A stretch of DNA of 64,000 bases, taken from Candidatus Daviesbacteria bacterium. GTDB lineage: Bacteria > Patescibacteriota > Microgenomatia > Daviesbacterales > UBA10151. This document shows, piece after piece, positions 37,257 through 46,363 of this stretch. Within the stretch, counting starts at the first letter, position 1; every line of letters starts with the position of its first letter. The position numbers were made by a program, and so were the translations under genes. The DNA lies in the NCBI GenBank assembly GCA_016183265.1, contig JACPEX010000019.1, positions 15,441 through 79,440 of the forward strand. The letters run 5' to 3'. The notes under the pieces are model-generated. The model worked only from the letters and a program-made list of their open reading frames with translations, was not told where the DNA came from and did not search any database.

Positions 37257-38459
37257 TTGTATAATAGGTGCATGATTAAAACCAGGTTTGCGCCATCACC
37301 AACAGGGATGATGCATATTGGCGGAGTCAGGACTGCTTTATATGCTTTTTTGGTTGCCCGTAAAAATAAGGGGGAATTTTTGTTAAGGATTGAGGATACT
37401 GATAGAAACAGATTTGTTCCGGAAGCCGCAGAAGATATTATTAAAAACCTTAGGTGGTTAGGATTAGATTTTGACGGTGAACCGATTATCCAATCCGAGC
37501 GAAAAGAAATTTATCAAAAATATGCCAAAGAGTTAATTGATAAAAACTTTGCTTATGAGCAGGATGGAGCTATTTGGTTTAAGGTGCCAAAAGAAGGGCA
37601 AATCAAATTTACTGATTTGATTGGCAACAGGGAAATCTCGTTTAACCTAATAGACCAAAAAGATTTTGTGTTACTTAAGTCTGATGGTTTTCCCACATAT
37701 CATCTGGCGCATGTTGTAGATGATCATGAAATGGAAACAGACCCGGTCATTAGAGGGGATGAGTGGCTTTCTTCTATACCCAAGCATATTTTGACTTTTC
37801 AAGCCTTTGGTTGGGAAGCGCCCCAGTATGCGCACCTGCCATTAATTGTAGGGACTGACCGTTCAAAGTTATCTAAAAGGCATGGGGCTAAAGCAGTAGG
37901 AGAGTTTCGTTCAGACGGATTCCTGCCTGAAGCAATCTTAAACTATATGGTTCTTTTGGGATGGACGCCTCCAGAAGACAAGGAGATAATTAGCTTAGAT
38001 GAAATGATTGAAGCTTTTGATTTAAAAAATGTCCACCTTGCATATTTAGTTGGCCGTCTTGCTAAAGAGAAAATTGCGCCGGTAGTACCTTTAATTAAAG
38101 ATAGAATTAAAAAACTCTCAGATTTTATTCCCTTAACTAATTTTTTGTGGGAGAAACCAGATTATGACATCGAAGTATTTAAAAAGCTAAACACCAAAAA
38201 TAAAAAAGAGATTTTAAGTAAGATTTTGGAACAACTGGAATTAATGGAAAAGCCCTGGAGAACAGAAATTTTTGAAAAAACATTTAGAAAATTAGCAGAG
38301 GATTTAGGGGTTAAAGCCGGTGATATATTCCAATTAATTCGAGTGGCAGTTTCAGGTCAGACTGTGACGCCGCCTCTTTTTGAAAGCATTCAAATTTTAG
38401 GAGAGGAAGAAGCTATTAAAAGAATAAAAGAAGCTGCCAAATTCTTACAATATTCTTAA
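37257..38459 (+). CDS. gltX: Glutamyl-tRNA synthetase (short form)
   Basis: HIGG-type motif (PSPTGMMHIGGVRTA) and KLSKRHG (KMSKS). The probable start is MIKTRF at 37272. Confidence 0.88.
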   Translation: MYNRCMIKTRFAPSPTGMMHIGGVRTALYAFLVARKNKGEFLLRIEDTDRNRFVPEAAEDIIKNLRWLGLDFDGEPIIQSERKEIYQKYAKELIDKNFAYEQDGAIWFKVPKEGQIKFTDLIGNREISFNLIDQKDFVLLKSDGFPTYHLAHVVDDHEMETDPVIRGDEWLSSIPKHILTFQAFGWEAPQYAHLPLIVGTDRSKLSKRHGAKAVGEFRSDGFLPEAILNYMVLLGWTPPEDKEIISLDEMIEAFDLKNVHLAYLVGRLAKEKIAPVVPLIKDRIKKLSDFIPLTNFLWEKPDYDIEVFKKLNTKNKKEILSKILEQLELMEKPWRTEIFEKTFRKLAEDLGVKAGDIFQLIRVAVSGQTVTPPLFESIQILGEEEAIKRIKEAAKFLQYS

Positions 38460-38494
38460 TTGCATATCTTATAGCCTTATGATAATATGCTGTC

Positions 38495-38851
38495 ATGGAA
38501 GATTCAAGATGGTTAAGACTGGTGACTATCGGATTAGTCTTGGCAGCTTTGGCAGTTGGTTACTTTTTATTTACAGGCAGGTTTTCTCAAGAATCTAAAA
38601 AGAGTGAAACTCAAATTTCTCAAGCCACTCCGACTGCTAGTATTACTGCTACCTTAAGGCCAACTGTTTTAGGTCAAAATACCGGAAGCTCACCTAGTCC
38701 AACACCTACTTCTGCTTACCAGGCAATAATCAGCCGTAACCAGCAAGGTACACAAGTCTTACCTAAGACAGGTTTTCCGGCAGGGCTAACAGCAATCTTG
38801 GCAATTTCAGCCTTAATCTCCGGCTGGGGACTGCGCCGATTTCCGCATTAG
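38495..38851 (+). CDS. Small LPXTG-anchored surface protein
   Basis: N-terminal TM/signal, low-complexity S/T/P region, then LPKTG plus a hydrophobic stretch plus the RRFPH tail. This is the classical sortase sorting signal. Confidence 0.65.
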   Translation: MEDSRWLRLVTIGLVLAALAVGYFLFTGRFSQESKKSETQISQATPTASITATLRPTVLGQNTGSSPSPTPTSAYQAIISRNQQGTQVLPKTGFPAGLTAILAISALISGWGLRRFPH

Positions 38852-38887
38852 TTTCCATACTTAAAAATTGGTATAATTTCACTGCAT

Positions 38888-38958
38888 TGCGGGATCATCT
38901 AATGGTAGGATACATGCCTCTGGAGCATGGCATCTTGGTTCAAATCCAAGTCCCGCAA
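38888..38958 (+). tRNA. tRNA-Gln (anticodon CUG), CCA not encoded
   Basis: Hand fold: U1-A72 acceptor (UGCGGGA/UCCCGCA) typical of bacterial tRNA-Gln. Anticodon stem CAUGC/GCAUG with loop CU-CUG-GA, T arm CUUGG-UUCAAAU-CCAAG. Confidence 0.75.
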
Positions 38959-38975
38959 CTAGGCACAAAAATATT

Positions 38976-39617
38976 GTGAAACGGAGATATTTTTTGTCAT
39001 TCTTACTTTTTCTTGTGGGTTTTTTCTTAATTACGGTTTTGGTAACTAGAGGAGTATTTTTGCAGATTGATAGGTATATTGACCAAAATTTGCCATATGT
39101 AGCTTGGCTTTATTATATTGCCAAAGCCGTAGATTATCTTTATTTGCCTGTAGTAGTGATAATGTTTGTATTGATATGGCATTTTTGGCAAAAAAAACAA
39201 AAATTTGAAACTTTTATGCTTTTTTTAACTTTTGCCGCTTTTGTAATTCCTGAATTAATTATTAAACCAGTATCACAAGTGCCTTGTCCGCCCAGCTTTT
39301 ATGCTGGTGTTCTGGCTAGTAAAGGGCTATTTCAATATCCGCTTTTTCAAAAGATTGCCCTTTTAGAAACATGCTATCCTTCTACCCATACTACCTCATA
39401 TGTGGTTTTTTTTGGTTATTTCATTTATTTAAGCTTGCGATATATTAAAAAACTTATGCTACGTCGGTTAATTATTGCCATTTTTATAATGATGATTGTT
39501 TTAGTAGGTCCTGCCATGGTTTATGTGCATGGCCATTGGCTGTCTGATGTAATAGCAGGATATTTCTTGGGTTTTGCTTTACTAAATTTTGTTCTTTGGT
39601 TGCGGATTAAGGCTTAA
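38976..39617 (+). CDS. PAP2-family membrane phosphatase
   Basis: PAP2 motifs: ...PSTH (C2) and ...HWLSDV (C3). 5-6 TM. Confidence 0.75.
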   Translation: MKRRYFLSFLLFLVGFFLITVLVTRGVFLQIDRYIDQNLPYVAWLYYIAKAVDYLYLPVVVIMFVLIWHFWQKKQKFETFMLFLTFAAFVIPELIIKPVSQVPCPPSFYAGVLASKGLFQYPLFQKIALLETCYPSTHTTSYVVFFGYFIYLSLRYIKKLMLRRLIIAIFIMMIVLVGPAMVYVHGHWLSDVIAGYFLGFALLNFVLWLRIKA

Positions 39618-40302
39618 TTGTACCTTTGGTATCATGGGCTAAATATTTTTTAAACCAATCCCTGGAAATTTCAGCCACTTTTCGTAAAGTACCGGGTTCT
39701 TCAAATAGATGAGTTGCTCCGGGGATAATTTCCAATTTTTTGGTAGTATTAAGTTTAAGATAAGCCTCCTGGTTTAACTTGATTACCTCCGGATCATTCT
39801 CACCTACAATCAGTAAAGTAGGAGATCTAACATGGTTTATTTCATCTATAGCCAGATCAGGCCTGCCGCCCCGCGATACTATTGCTCTTACTTTTGATCC
39901 AAATCCGGCTGCAGCTTTTAAAGCTGAGGCAGTGCCGGTACTGGCTCCAAAATAGCCGATTAATAAGTTTTTGGTTTGAGGTTGACTTAGAATCCATTCA
40001 GATGCTTTAATTAATCTTTGGGTAAGGAGCTTTATATTAAAACGGTTTTCAAAAATTAAATCTTCCTCCTCAGTAAGCAAATCAAAAAGCAAAGTGGCCA
40101 CCCTGGCCCGCCTTAATATGCCGGCTACAAAATTATTTCTGGGGCTGAATCTGCTGCTGCCGCTGCCATGGGCAAACAGGACAATGCCTAAAGGATTATG
40201 TGGTATCTTTAAGATACCCTCTGTTTTAAGCCCATTTAAGGAGATTGTAACAAGATAGTTTTTATCAAGGTTATCTTTTGGAATATTAAGATTTTTTACC
40301 AT
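39607..40302 (-). CDS. Alpha/beta hydrolase (dienelactone hydrolase-like)
   Basis: VLFAHGSGSS, a nucleophile-elbow-like GASTG, and a C-terminal His. Confidence 0.75.
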   Translation of the reverse strand: MVKNLNIPKDNLDKNYLVTISLNGLKTEGILKIPHNPLGIVLFAHGSGSSRFSPRNNFVAGILRRARVATLLFDLLTEEEDLIFENRFNIKLLTQRLIKASEWILSQPQTKNLLIGYFGASTGTASALKAAAGFGSKVRAIVSRGGRPDLAIDEINHVRSPTLLIVGENDPEVIKLNQEAYLKLNTTKKLEIIPGATHLFEEPGTLRKVAEISRDWFKKYLAHDTKGTIKP

Positions 40303-40436
40303 GTTGGTTTAGTATGTACTGCCCGTATTAAAACATCATCTGAAATTGGTAAGTCTTAAGTAAAAAACCTTGCCTGACTCTTACTTATCTATTAGGAAAT
40401 TTTAATTCTTCAATCTTAGAATTAGGTTAGAGATTT

Positions 40437-40850
40437 ATGATTTTTAAACTGACAGCAAAAAATTGCCAGGTATCAACACATACCCGGGAGTATATAAATC
40501 AGCGCTTAAAAAAAATTATTCAAAATCTTCCTGATATTGAGGAAGATTTGATAGTATTTCGATTAACAATTAGAAAAAATATTGATAAATATCACCCACC
40601 CAAAACTCACCCGCTTGTCCATAAAAATTATGCTAAAATTAAACCAGCCTTAGCTTATTTTGAGGGCTCGATGGCTTTTAGGCTTGATAAAAGACAGCTT
40701 TATGTGCATTTTAAAGGCCGGACTATTGATGAATGTATTGATCGGGGTTTCCACTTGATTTTTAAGGAATTGGAAAAATATAAGGATTTGCATTTGTCTT
40801 CTGAAAGTAAATATCCGGACCATAGTTCAATTAGAGCTAGATTTGCATGA
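40437..40850 (+). CDS. hpf: Ribosome hibernation-promoting factor / RaiA (YfiA) family protein, short form with insert
   Basis: N-terminus follows the M-x-I-x-I-x-x-KN-x-x-V-T-x-x-hydrophobic-R-x-Y-I-x-x-(K/R)-L-x-K HPF pattern. C-terminal TIDECIDRGFHLIFKELEKYKD matches AID.A.DKLERQL.KYK. Confidence 0.6.
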   Translation: MIFKLTAKNCQVSTHTREYINQRLKKIIQNLPDIEEDLIVFRLTIRKNIDKYHPPKTHPLVHKNYAKIKPALAYFEGSMAFRLDKRQLYVHFKGRTIDECIDRGFHLIFKELEKYKDLHLSSESKYPDHSSIRARFA

Positions 40851-41581
40851 AAGACGTACAAGTTTTGTCTGTTTATTTAAGCAGTGATAATAAACAAACC
40901 CCGTTGCCTGATTACTTATTGACTCAGTTTCATTCTTTAATCCATCAAAATCTAACAGGGACCCAAAAGAATAAATGGAGTAGGGGTATTTCTAGTATAG
41001 AAAGGTATATACGTGAGTCTTTTGACAGGAGTAATACCCGGACTTTAGTTTTCTTCACTGGTAAAAATCTTTGGCAAGTTTTAAATTTTGAATTCTATAT
41101 TCCGCCGGCATGCAGGATTTTATCTGCTGCTTACCTTAAACCGCTTGAGGAAATTTTAGATAGATACCAAAAGTATCTGGTTTTATTAGTTGACCGCAAA
41201 AAAGCTAAGTTGTTTACAGTTCATTTAGGCAAGATTGAAGAGCAAAAAGAGGTTTTTGACGGGGAAGTTCCCCAAAGAGTTAAGGCCGAAACCATAAATT
41301 TAGGCAGGACAGATAAAATTATGAGGGATATTGAATACCATGTGCATCATCATTTGCAGATAATAGCGGAGTCAACCAAAGAATTCATCAAAGGCAAGAA
41401 TATCCATTCTATAATATTAGGCGGGCATGCCGACCAGTTGCATAAACTTAAAAAGCATCTTACTTACCCTTTAAACCAAATGATTAAAGGTGAGTTTGTT
41501 ACTGAGTTAAATATTCCCTTAAATAAGATTTTAGCGCTTAGTAAAAAAGTGGCTTTAGAAATTTATACAAGTCAAAGATAA
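40847..41581 (+). CDS. eRF1/Pelota-like (baeRF-type) protein lacking the GGQ motif
   Basis: LVLLVDRKKAKLFTV...EVPQRVKAET...DIEYHVHHHLQIIAES...IHSIILGGHADQLHKL aligns block-for-block with eRF1 domain 2. GGQ is replaced by RVK. ATGA overlap with hpf. Confidence 0.55.
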   Translation: MKDVQVLSVYLSSDNKQTPLPDYLLTQFHSLIHQNLTGTQKNKWSRGISSIERYIRESFDRSNTRTLVFFTGKNLWQVLNFEFYIPPACRILSAAYLKPLEEILDRYQKYLVLLVDRKKAKLFTVHLGKIEEQKEVFDGEVPQRVKAETINLGRTDKIMRDIEYHVHHHLQIIAESTKEFIKGKNIHSIILGGHADQLHKLKKHLTYPLNQMIKGEFVTELNIPLNKILALSKKVALEIYTSQR

Positions 41582-42573
41582 CCGGTCGTAAGAAAGTTAT
41601 CATCAAATTTTTTGAGGGAAACATTTTTTAAATGCAGTGCTTTCTCAATAGTTTGAGTACCCTTTCCTCCAATACTGATTGCTGTTTTGCCCCCAATTAA
41701 TATAGGAGCATAAAATGCATACACTTTATCAATAATCCCGTCATCCAAAAAGTGGCCTAAGGTTTCTCCGCCGCCCTCAACTAAAACACTGATAATCCCT
41801 TTTTCTTTCAAGGCTGATAAAAGATCGGGGATTGCTTTAGCAGATATAATAAGGATATTCTGATCCCGTAAAACTTGACAATTTGTTGGAATTTGCTTTT
41901 TGGAACCTAAGATTATCCGCAAAGGATCTTTTTTTCCTTTTATGCGTACTCCTAAGTTGGGGTCATCTTTGAGGATAGTATTTACTCCTACCAGCACTGC
42001 CTGGTACTCATTTCGTAAACTCCTTGCATAAATTCTCGCTTTTTCGTTTGTGATCCATTTTGAATCTCCTGTTTTGGTAGCTAGTTTTCCATCCAAAGAA
42101 GCGGCAAATTTGATGGCTACAAACGGACGTTTTTTTTCATGAAATGTAAAAAAGGTTTCATTTAATTTACGTGCTTCTGTTTCTAAGATTCCGACTGATG
42201 TTTCTAAACAGGCTTCTTTTAATCTAGCTAAACTCTTACCATGATTTTTGGGGTTGGGATCTAGAGTGCAAAAGACTACTTTTTTAATTTTGGATTGGAT
42301 AATAGCATCAACGCAGGGAGGTGTTTTGCCAAAAACAGCACAGGGCTCCAAGTTTACATACATAGTTGCATCTTGAGGACTTTCTATAGCATTATTTAAA
42401 GCCTCGATTTCTGCATGAGGCAAACCTATCTTATGGTGGAAGCCTTTACCAATAATACGACCATTTTTGACAATTACTGCTCCCACCATTGGATTAGGAT
42501 TAGTCCAGCTCAAGCCTTTTTTGGCAAGATTAAGTGTTTCTTTTAAGAATTTAATGTCTTTATTCATAATCAA
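41572..42573 (-). CDS. ribD: Bifunctional riboflavin-biosynthesis deaminase/reductase RibD
   Basis: CMP/dCMP deaminase zinc motifs (HAEIEAL, PCAVFGKTPPC) plus a C-terminal RibD reductase domain. Confidence 0.9.
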   Translation of the reverse strand: MIMNKDIKFLKETLNLAKKGLSWTNPNPMVGAVIVKNGRIIGKGFHHKIGLPHAEIEALNNAIESPQDATMYVNLEPCAVFGKTPPCVDAIIQSKIKKVVFCTLDPNPKNHGKSLARLKEACLETSVGILETEARKLNETFFTFHEKKRPFVAIKFAASLDGKLATKTGDSKWITNEKARIYARSLRNEYQAVLVGVNTILKDDPNLGVRIKGKKDPLRIILGSKKQIPTNCQVLRDQNILIISAKAIPDLLSALKEKGIISVLVEGGGETLGHFLDDGIIDKVYAFYAPILIGGKTAISIGGKGTQTIEKALHLKNVSLKKFDDNFLTTGYL

Positions 42574-43151
42574 ACTAAGTTCAGCTTATGGCTCATTTTA
42601 TATTTTTTGGTTTTTAGGTAAGTTTTGTTGTTACGGTTTGGGGCAATCTCAAGAGGAATACACTCTTTTATGATTATCCCAAAATTCCTAAGTTGGCTAA
42701 TCTTATCAGGATTATTAGTTAACAAGTTAATTTGGTTAATTTCTAATTCTTTGAGTATTTGGGCGGCTACATTATAACTGCGCTGGTCAGCGGTAAATCC
42801 TAATTGTTCGTTAGCGGTAACTGTATCAAGACCATTTTCTTGTAAAGCGTAAGCCTTGATTTTATTGGTTAAACCAATCCCTCTTCCTTCTTGGTTCAAG
42901 TATATCAATACTCCATTTCTAGCTTGCCCGATTTTTTTTAAGCTTTGCTGCAGTTGTTCATGACAGTCACATTTTAGTGAGGAGAAAGTATCACCAGTCA
43001 GGCACCACGAATGGATTCTAACCAAAACCCCACTTTTAAAATTTCCCCCCTTTACTAAAGCAACATGTTCTAAATTATCTTCTTTTGTTTTAAAGACTAT
43101 AATTTTGAAAATGCCGTATTTTGTTGGTAAAGTAGCTGAAGCGGCTTTCAT
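42570..43151 (-). CDS. ribA: GTP cyclohydrolase II
   Basis: Zinc Cys triad context (C..GD...C.C) and RGIGL, NKIKA. Confidence 0.88.
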   Translation of the reverse strand: MKAASATLPTKYGIFKIIVFKTKEDNLEHVALVKGGNFKSGVLVRIHSWCLTGDTFSSLKCDCHEQLQQSLKKIGQARNGVLIYLNQEGRGIGLTNKIKAYALQENGLDTVTANEQLGFTADQRSYNVAAQILKELEINQINLLTNNPDKISQLRNFGIIIKECIPLEIAPNRNNKTYLKTKKYKMSHKLNLV

Positions 43152-43624
43152 AGCTTTGATAAAACTTTAATGGTTTCAAGCAGCGTTCGGGCTGCTTCTA
43201 TGCCTCTGTTATATTTTCCCATGCTTCTTTTTTCTGCCTGTTTAAGGTTGTAGACGGCCAATACCTCAAGGGTAACCGGGATATTAAATTCTAAGGAAAT
43301 ATCCATCAGGGCCCGGGCGCATTCATTGGCGATCATCTCAAAATGATAAGTTTCCCCTTTAAGGATGATTCCGAAAGTAATAATTCCGTCAAACTTTTTA
43401 CTTGAAGCAGCCTTTTTAACCGTTAAAGGGATTTCCCATGATCCGGGCACTGTATATGTGGATATATTACTTTCTTTAACTCCATTGGCAAGTAAATAAT
43501 CTTTGCAGGCTTTTTCTAAATTTTCTGTTAAATCCGGATAATAATTGCTTTTAACAATGGCAATTTTAAGCTTAGAATTAGCTGTGCTGTATTCTTTTGC
43601 ATTTTTAGAAAAATCTTTTATCAT
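43148..43624 (-). CDS. ribH: 6,7-dimethyl-8-ribityllumazine synthase
   Basis: Typical RibH length and sequence (GSWEIP, GIITFG.I.KGET.HFE). Confidence 0.9.
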   Translation of the reverse strand: MIKDFSKNAKEYSTANSKLKIAIVKSNYYPDLTENLEKACKDYLLANGVKESNISTYTVPGSWEIPLTVKKAASSKKFDGIITFGIILKGETYHFEMIANECARALMDISLEFNIPVTLEVLAVYNLKQAEKRSMGKYNRGIEAARTLLETIKVLSKL

Positions 43625-44202
43625 TTTTTTAATAATTTTTCTATGTATTTTGCCAAAATGTCAACTTCGATATTGACAAAATCGCCTATTTTGATGGTAT
43701 TTAACATAGTATTTTTCCAGGTATAAGGAATTATGCCTACAATGAAATATTTTCTTTTAGCTTCAATTATTGTAAGAGAGATGCCGTTAACAGCAATCGA
43801 CCCCTTTTCCGTAATATATTTAGAAAGATTATCAGGGATAGAGAATTGAAGGATGTGGCTATTTTTATTTCTTTCGATACGAACTAATTTAGCAATTCCA
43901 TCAATATGACCCTGGACGATATGGCCAGACAGTAAAGTTGTGGGCGTAACAGGGAGTTCCAGGTTTGTCAAATCATTGATTTTAAGATGTCCTAACATTG
44001 TCTTTTTCTGTGTTTCAGGCATAACTTCAACAGAAAAAGAATTTTGGGCAGGTTTTGCAAAAGCAGTTAGACATACGCCATTTACAGCAATACTAGTACC
44101 TTTGCTGATTTTTTTACAAAATGCAGGATTTGCAATGAAGGTAAAAACGGATTTTTTTATTCCAATAAATTTCCCTAAATGGGTAATAATTCCTGTAAAC
44201 AT
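43621..44202 (-). CDS. ribE: Riboflavin synthase alpha chain
   Basis: MFTGII..LG (start set at ATG 44202; the track ORF extension overlaps the riboswitch). Duplicated lumazine-binding halves. Confidence 0.88.
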   Translation of the reverse strand: MFTGIITHLGKFIGIKKSVFTFIANPAFCKKISKGTSIAVNGVCLTAFAKPAQNSFSVEVMPETQKKTMLGHLKINDLTNLELPVTPTTLLSGHIVQGHIDGIAKLVRIERNKNSHILQFSIPDNLSKYITEKGSIAVNGISLTIIEAKRKYFIVGIIPYTWKNTMLNTIKIGDFVNIEVDILAKYIEKLLKK

Positions 44203-44320
44203 ATTCTCTCTTTCATCCCGACTGTACGGTCGGCTTTGGAATTTCACCAAATCATGTCTTATGGACTCGTGGGCTATACCACCGATTTTGACTTACACAA
44301 AATCCCCGAAAGAATGTTTA
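44203..44320 (-). promoter_or_regulatory. FMN riboswitch (RFN element) ending at the ribE start codon
   Basis: Minus-strand leader has UUCUUUCGGGG..., GGUGGUAUAGCCCACGAG, GGUGAAAUUCC..AAGCCGACCGUACAGUCGGGAUGAAAGAGAGAAU-AUG. This matches the FMN aptamer 3' half (GCCGACAGUGAAAGUCUGGAUGGGAGAAGGA). The 3' strand of P1 spans the SD region. Confidence 0.75.
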
Positions 44321-44449
44321 TATTATAGCATTTATGGTTCAAAAAAACTCGCACAAGGCGAGTTTTCTTGAAAAGCTATCTTTCGATAACCATATATTTT
44401 ATATCAAAAAGTTCTGAGCTTGGTCAAGTAGTACAAAATGTATCAAAAG

Positions 44450-45823
44450 CTATTTAGAACTGGAAATGATTTTAGTTTGGCAAAGTTCCCGAAAGCCTAA
44501 GATGCCATGCTCTCTACCCATGCCGGAATCTTTATAACCGCCAAAAGGATTGCAAGATAACCATCGGTTTCCTTGATTGATCTCAACGGTTCCAGCTTCT
44601 ATTTTCGAAGCTACTCTTTCTGCTCTTTTTTGATTTTGGGAAAGTACTTTGCTACCTAAGCCGTATGGAGTATCGTTCGCAAGCTCTACGGCTTCCTGCT
44701 CGGTCTTGAAGGTAACAATAGGTAGAACTGGTCCGAAGACTTCTTCTTGCCAAACTCTCATGTTTTTGGTGATATTACCTAAAATCGTTGGCGGGTAATA
44801 TGCCCCTTTTAAGTTTTTCGGTAGGGTTAATTGAGCAATGACTTTAGCGCCTTTTTGAAGAGCATCGCTTACTTGTTTTTGTAGAAGATCCAACTGTCTT
44901 TTTGCCGCCAAGCAGGCAATATCCGTTTTCCCGTTTTCTGGATTGCCAACTTGTTTTGATTCAAGAATTGTTTTAAGTTTTACAGATAACTTGGCTACAA
45001 CCGATTCATGAACAATGAGACGTTTAATTGACATACAAACCTGGCCGCAATTCTTAAACCTGCCCAAATAGATGGTTTCTGCAGCTTGGTCTAAATTAGC
45101 ATCATCAAAAACTATGCAAGGATTAGAACCACCCATTTCCAGCATGACTTTAATAAATTTATCAGCAGCAGTTTTGTATAAAGATTTGCCAGTTTTAGTG
45201 CTGCCGGTAAACCAAATAAAATTGATATTGCTTTCAGATAATTTTTTGCCTACTTCACCGGATCCGTAAACTTCTGCAAATACCCCCTTTGGAAGACTGT
45301 GGTTTTGAAATACTTCTTCGATAAGCTTACCGACTAGCGGGCATTCCTCAGAAATTTTAAAAACCACGGTGTTGCCGACCAGTAAATTGGGGATAATACC
45401 CCAAACAGCCATACCAAAAGGAAAATTCCAGGGAGTAATGACTTCTGCTACACCAAAAGGCTCATAAACAATCTTATTAATTGAATTTTTGTCCTCATGA
45501 GTAATTTCATCAGCAATGGCAGATTCGACATTTCTCAAAAACCACCCAAAGTCTTTAATATAGCCTGTTACTTCCAATCGGCTTTGTGAAATAGGTTTGC
45601 CAATTTCTTTGGTAATAAGTTGAGCTATTTCTTCTTGGCGTTTAGTAAATTCTTCGCATATTGGTCTTAGTAATTCAATGCGCTTTTTAACGCCTAATTC
45701 TTTCCAGGTAGTTTTAATATCGTGAGCCTGTTGTACTTTTTGAGTAATCTCCTTTTTGTCGGAAATTATTACCTCGCCGACAATTGAATAATTATCCGCC
45801 GGATTAGTAGAAACAAGTTGCAT
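44450..45823 (-). CDS. NAD(P)-dependent aldehyde dehydrogenase
   Basis: ALDH Glu/Cys active-site context (LEMGG, ...NCGQVCMS), FTGSTKTGK. Confidence 0.85.
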   Translation of the reverse strand: MQLVSTNPADNYSIVGEVIISDKKEITQKVQQAHDIKTTWKELGVKKRIELLRPICEEFTKRQEEIAQLITKEIGKPISQSRLEVTGYIKDFGWFLRNVESAIADEITHEDKNSINKIVYEPFGVAEVITPWNFPFGMAVWGIIPNLLVGNTVVFKISEECPLVGKLIEEVFQNHSLPKGVFAEVYGSGEVGKKLSESNINFIWFTGSTKTGKSLYKTAADKFIKVMLEMGGSNPCIVFDDANLDQAAETIYLGRFKNCGQVCMSIKRLIVHESVVAKLSVKLKTILESKQVGNPENGKTDIACLAAKRQLDLLQKQVSDALQKGAKVIAQLTLPKNLKGAYYPPTILGNITKNMRVWQEEVFGPVLPIVTFKTEQEAVELANDTPYGLGSKVLSQNQKRAERVASKIEAGTVEINQGNRWLSCNPFGGYKDSGMGREHGILGFRELCQTKIISSSK

Positions 45824-45877
45824 GGGTTTATTATATCAGGCTTCGCGGGAAGAACAACTTATGGTATATTATCTTAA

Positions 45878-46363
45878 ATGAAAGTTTCTTTTTCGAAGAA
45901 AAATAGTCCTACGGTTTATCTAGCCACAGACCATGCAGGATTTGAATTGAAGGAAAAGATTAAAGAAGCTCTAATTAGAGATGGCTATGAGGTAAAAGAT
46001 TTTGGGGCAGCAAAATATGATGCCGAGGATGATTATCCTGACTTTATTTCCAAGGCTGCAGAGACTATATCACAAGACCCCGGCAACAGAGCTATTATTT
46101 TCGGGGGTTCAGGCCAGGGAGAGGCCATCGTAGCCAATAAATTTCCCGGGGTCAGGGCTGCGGTATATTACGGAAATGCGGAAGAAATGCCAAAACTGAC
46201 CCGTCAGCATAATGATTCCAATATTTTATCTTTAGGCGCCAGATTTTTAACTCCGGATGATGCAATCGCTGCTGTGAAAGTATTTTTAGAGACCCCATTT
46301 TCAGAAGAACAACGCCATATCAGAAGAATTGAAAAGATCAAAAAAATAGAAGAAACTATCTAA
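45878..46363 (+). CDS. rpiB: Ribose-5-phosphate isomerase B
   Basis: RpiB/LacAB fold (VYLATDHAGFELKE, GSGQGEAIVANK). Confidence 0.88.
   Translation: MKVSFSKKNSPTVYLATDHAGFELKEKIKEALIRDGYEVKDFGAAKYDAEDDYPDFISKAAETISQDPGNRAIIFGGSGQGEAIVANKFPGVRAAVYYGNAEEMPKLTRQHNDSNILSLGARFLTPDDAIAAVKVFLETPFSEEQRHIRRIEKIKKIEETI

Noticed and set aside
43940-44371. 143-aa plus-strand ORF overlapping the ribE 5' end and the FMN riboswitch
   Set aside because: It is antisense to a well-supported riboflavin synthase gene and to the riboswitch. No family features.
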